Part shown: positions 54,487 through 57,122 of the stretch, one piece after another
Layout: each line of letters starts with the position of its first letter
Position numbering within the stretch: position 1 is the stretch's first letter
IMG/VR virus record: IMGVR_UViG_3300005537_000315
Coordinates: 1 to 57,122 of that record
Length of the DNA: 57,122 bases
Source: a virus
Taxonomy: Duplodnaviria; Caudoviricetes
Reading direction: 5' to 3' (one strand)
The notes under the pieces: generated by a model
Told to the model about the DNA's origin: nothing
The model's input: the letters and a program-made list of their open reading frames with translations, nothing else
Database searches by the model: none
Translations under genes and position numbers: made by a program

Positions 54487-54941
54487 ATAAGAAACCTGAA
54501 AAGGAAGCACAGTCAATTTTAAGTCCAGACATGACGCAAGGCGAAAAGGTCTTAGTGGCTCAGACCGTTATGACCCCTGGCTGGAAAGTCATAGTCAAGA
54601 TGGCAAATGACGCATGTGCAAGATTCACTCAGGACGTTATCAAAGTCGACCCAGAAAGTCTCGATGCGGAGCATGTCGTTTCCGAAAGGCAGCGACGTGC
54701 TCGTATCGCCATCGAATTTTCAGACCTCCTAATGAGGTCAGTCTATGCGCACGCGGATTCGATCCGACACGTAGACAGGAAAGAAGAGGAAGAGGCCGTG
54801 AGCCGCGTCGCTGAGATGTTTGGAATTCACCCAGCCGCTCCTTCCGATAAAGGGAAAGCACCAATAGACGCAATCACGCGCACATTCGGAATTCACCCAT
54901 CACGACCAAAGGCCAAGAAATCCCCTGCCGAGGGGAAGTAG
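54480..54941 (+). CDS. hypothetical head-region protein
   Basis: Lies between portal and scaffold. Confidence 0.7.
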   Translation: MVNKKPEKEAQSILSPDMTQGEKVLVAQTVMTPGWKVIVKMANDACARFTQDVIKVDPESLDAEHVVSERQRRARIAIEFSDLLMRSVYAHADSIRHVDRKEEEEAVSRVAEMFGIHPAAPSDKGKAPIDAITRTFGIHPSRPKAKKSPAEGK

Positions 54942-54970
54942 TACGAATCGAATTTTTGGAGAAATGAATC

Positions 54971-56314
54971 ATGAGACTATTGACTATCGAGCAGATCAAC
55001 CTTGATTGGTTGAAATCTGCCAATCTCGAAGAACTAAAGAACGCGATGCGTTCCGGTGGTGCCGTATTGGGCGCTGTCAACGCGTTGCTTCAAACTCCCG
55101 AAGGCAAGAAAATTGCCTACGAGATGATGAACGATCCCGACTACGTGCCGTTCTCGCAGCGCCAACCCGACTCGGAAGAGGCCGCACAGATCGCAGCAGA
55201 TGAAGCCGAAGCCGCTCGTCAAGCCGCCGTATCAGAGGCTGCTCGTCAGGCCGATGAGTTGGCTGCGAATCAGCCAGAATCAGTCGAGGCCGTAGCGGAA
55301 ACTCCTACGGTTGAGGAAAAGAAAAAGTACGCCATCGATTATCAAGTGACGGATGAGGACTCAGGGCGTCCTATCGGACGCGCCACGCACTTCGAGTTTT
55401 TTGGGACTGAAGTCGAAGCACTACGTGTCTTCGTTGAGAAATTGAAAGCGGCGCACATTAACGCCGTCCGATACGCTGAGCGTATCAAATCCAACAGATT
55501 TAAGCAGTCCGCTGCCGCGCTGGAAGCAACAGAGCGCAGCGTGGCCGCGAACGCAGCCCAAGCAGAGAGTGATCGTCTCGCTACTGAAGCCGCGAAGGAA
55601 CAAGACCCAGCCAAGATGCAGGAAGCCGTTAAGAAAGCAACGGCTGCCCAGCGCGACGCTGATATTGCCCGTAAAGCCAGTCTCGAACACGGGCGCATCA
55701 TCGCCGCTACTTGGATGGAAGATCACAAACACGATTTTCTACCGTGCGATGCCTCGACGAACATCATGGGCGATTATCTAAAGGCCAACAATTTGGTCCT
55801 TTCCTATGACAATCTCGAAAAGACATTTGCAGCGGTAAAACACCAGTTGCCACCTGTAAAGGATGGACAACAAGGTGCAGCAACTGATGTAACAACATCT
55901 GCTGTCACTGTGGACAATTCCCAGTCGGCAGCCGCAGCAGCTTCCGCCGCGCCAGCGTCGTCAATCACGCCGCCCGTGGCCGCAGCAGCCGCGCCAGAAA
56001 CAACTAGCCAGTCGTCAGTGGCACCTCCCGCATCGACGACCACGGCACAGGCTTCTACGCCTGCCGCGTCTAATCAGACACCAGCGGCCCGTAAGCCTGC
56101 GGTCAACGGTGGATTGCAACCCGGACAGCTAAGTGCACAGCGCCCGAGTGCGTCGACAACGACGCAGCAAGACCCCGCAGCGACCCGTGCCCAACTACTC
56201 CGAGAAATCGGCAAGATGAACCCCGCAATTTATCGCAAGAAGCTCGCAACGGACAAAAATTTCCGTGAGAGATTGATTGCAGCGGGAATTCAGGTAGTAG
56301 GACACCGCTCGTAA
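54971..56314 (+). CDS. putative capsid scaffolding protein
   Basis: Ala-rich, helical and low-complexity, directly upstream of the capsid gene. Confidence 0.65.
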   Translation: MRLLTIEQINLDWLKSANLEELKNAMRSGGAVLGAVNALLQTPEGKKIAYEMMNDPDYVPFSQRQPDSEEAAQIAADEAEAARQAAVSEAARQADELAANQPESVEAVAETPTVEEKKKYAIDYQVTDEDSGRPIGRATHFEFFGTEVEALRVFVEKLKAAHINAVRYAERIKSNRFKQSAAALEATERSVAANAAQAESDRLATEAAKEQDPAKMQEAVKKATAAQRDADIARKASLEHGRIIAATWMEDHKHDFLPCDASTNIMGDYLKANNLVLSYDNLEKTFAAVKHQLPPVKDGQQGAATDVTTSAVTVDNSQSAAAAASAAPASSITPPVAAAAAPETTSQSSVAPPASTTTAQASTPAASNQTPAARKPAVNGGLQPGQLSAQRPSASTTTQQDPAATRAQLLREIGKMNPAIYRKKLATDKNFRERLIAAGIQVVGHRS

Positions 56315-56354
56315 AACAGCGTAACAGTCAGAGGTCTTAGATGGATATGATCCG

Positions 56355-57122
56355 ATGAGCGGGCCAACACCATCAGCTTCAAACGTAGGAAACGTACTCA
56401 CCGCGCAGGCGATCCTTTTCGACAAGGAATTGATCCCGAACCTAAAGGGTGAGACCGATGCATTTGTGACCGTCGCTGAACGTCGTGTTCAGGGACTTCA
56501 CATGGGCATCAACCGTCAGTTCTTCCAGTACAACACCTTGGTTGGTGACACTGCGCAAGCTGCTGACGGAAACGTGGGCGCTCCTGAAGTCGTGAGCCAG
56601 ATCACTGCACCTGCAACCGTGGGTGAGTGGAACAACTACACGAACTTCTCGGCGTTCGCAATTGCGGCGTCGATTGACGAATTGGTAGGCAACTCGGCAG
56701 TTGAGTTGGGCTATCAAGCAGGTCAGTCGATCAGCGAGTTGTACAGCGCGGTTGCTGACTCGGCTTCGACAGTCGACGGCAACGTGAGCCAGAACGGGTT
56801 GCTTTCTTCGCCTTTCACGCTAGACCTAGCCACGGTTCGTGAAATGAAGCAGCAGCTTGTGTCGATTGACGTACTGCCTTGCAAGAAGGGCATGTACTAC
56901 GGGGTTATCAGCCCGAACGTGTTGGGAGACATCTACAACGCAACGACTGTTAACAACTCGATCATCGACAACTGGAAGCACACGGAAAGTGGACAGAAGA
57001 AGTTCGACGAAATGGCTGGCAGCGACCAGACCAAGGAAATCGTTCTTCCTGGCACGAACATCCTCTTCCGTCAGACCCCGTTCGTGACCAAGACCGCCAA
57101 CTTCAGCGGCACCAAGACTGGT
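56355..57122 (+). CDS. major capsid protein (N4-gp56-like, truncated by window end)
   Basis: Manual translation MSGPTPSASNVGN...QFFQYNTL...GEWNNYTNFSAFAIAASIDELVGNSAVELGYQAGQSI...YYGVISPNVLGDI, open to the window end. Confidence 0.85.
   Translation, partial: MSGPTPSASNVGNVLTAQAILFDKELIPNLKGETDAFVTVAERRVQGLHMGINRQFFQYNTLVGDTAQAADGNVGAPEVVSQITAPATVGEWNNYTNFSAFAIAASIDELVGNSAVELGYQAGQSISELYSAVADSASTVDGNVSQNGLLSSPFTLDLATVREMKQQLVSIDVLPCKKGMYYGVISPNVLGDIYNATTVNNSIIDNWKHTESGQKKFDEMAGSDQTKEIVLPGTNILFRQTPFVTKTANFSGTKTG

Overview
A 57-kb piece of a tailed dsDNA bacteriophage genome with two divergent arms. The host is not determinable from the sequence. The left arm (1-30.8 kb, minus strand) carries DNA metabolism and early genes: DHH phosphoesterase, GroES, PD-(D/E)xK nuclease, UvrD helicase, a family A DNA polymerase split in two by an intronless HNH gene, primase, DEDDh exonuclease, HD hydrolase, dNMP kinase and a T5 A1-like protein. 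A 1.2-kb non-coding switch region follows, with inverted repeats and GTCTCA-N3-TGAGAC repeats. The right arm (plus strand) has small accessory genes, an 8-kb array of 33 tRNA genes, then terminase, portal, scaffold and the start of the major capsid gene. About 13 HNH or endonuclease VII genes are scattered throughout. The most striking content is RNA. There is an apparently complete RNase P RNA gene inside the tRNA array and a circularly permuted (YrlA-like) tRNA mimic. A promoter-driven ~500-nt RNA contains a tRNA scaffold whose anticodon is replaced by kissing hairpins, and several orphan structured RNAs sit between tRNAs. A covarying kissing-loop leader buries the ribosome-binding site of five different endonuclease genes. 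All structures were paired by eye, and protein calls rest on recognised motifs rather than database searches.
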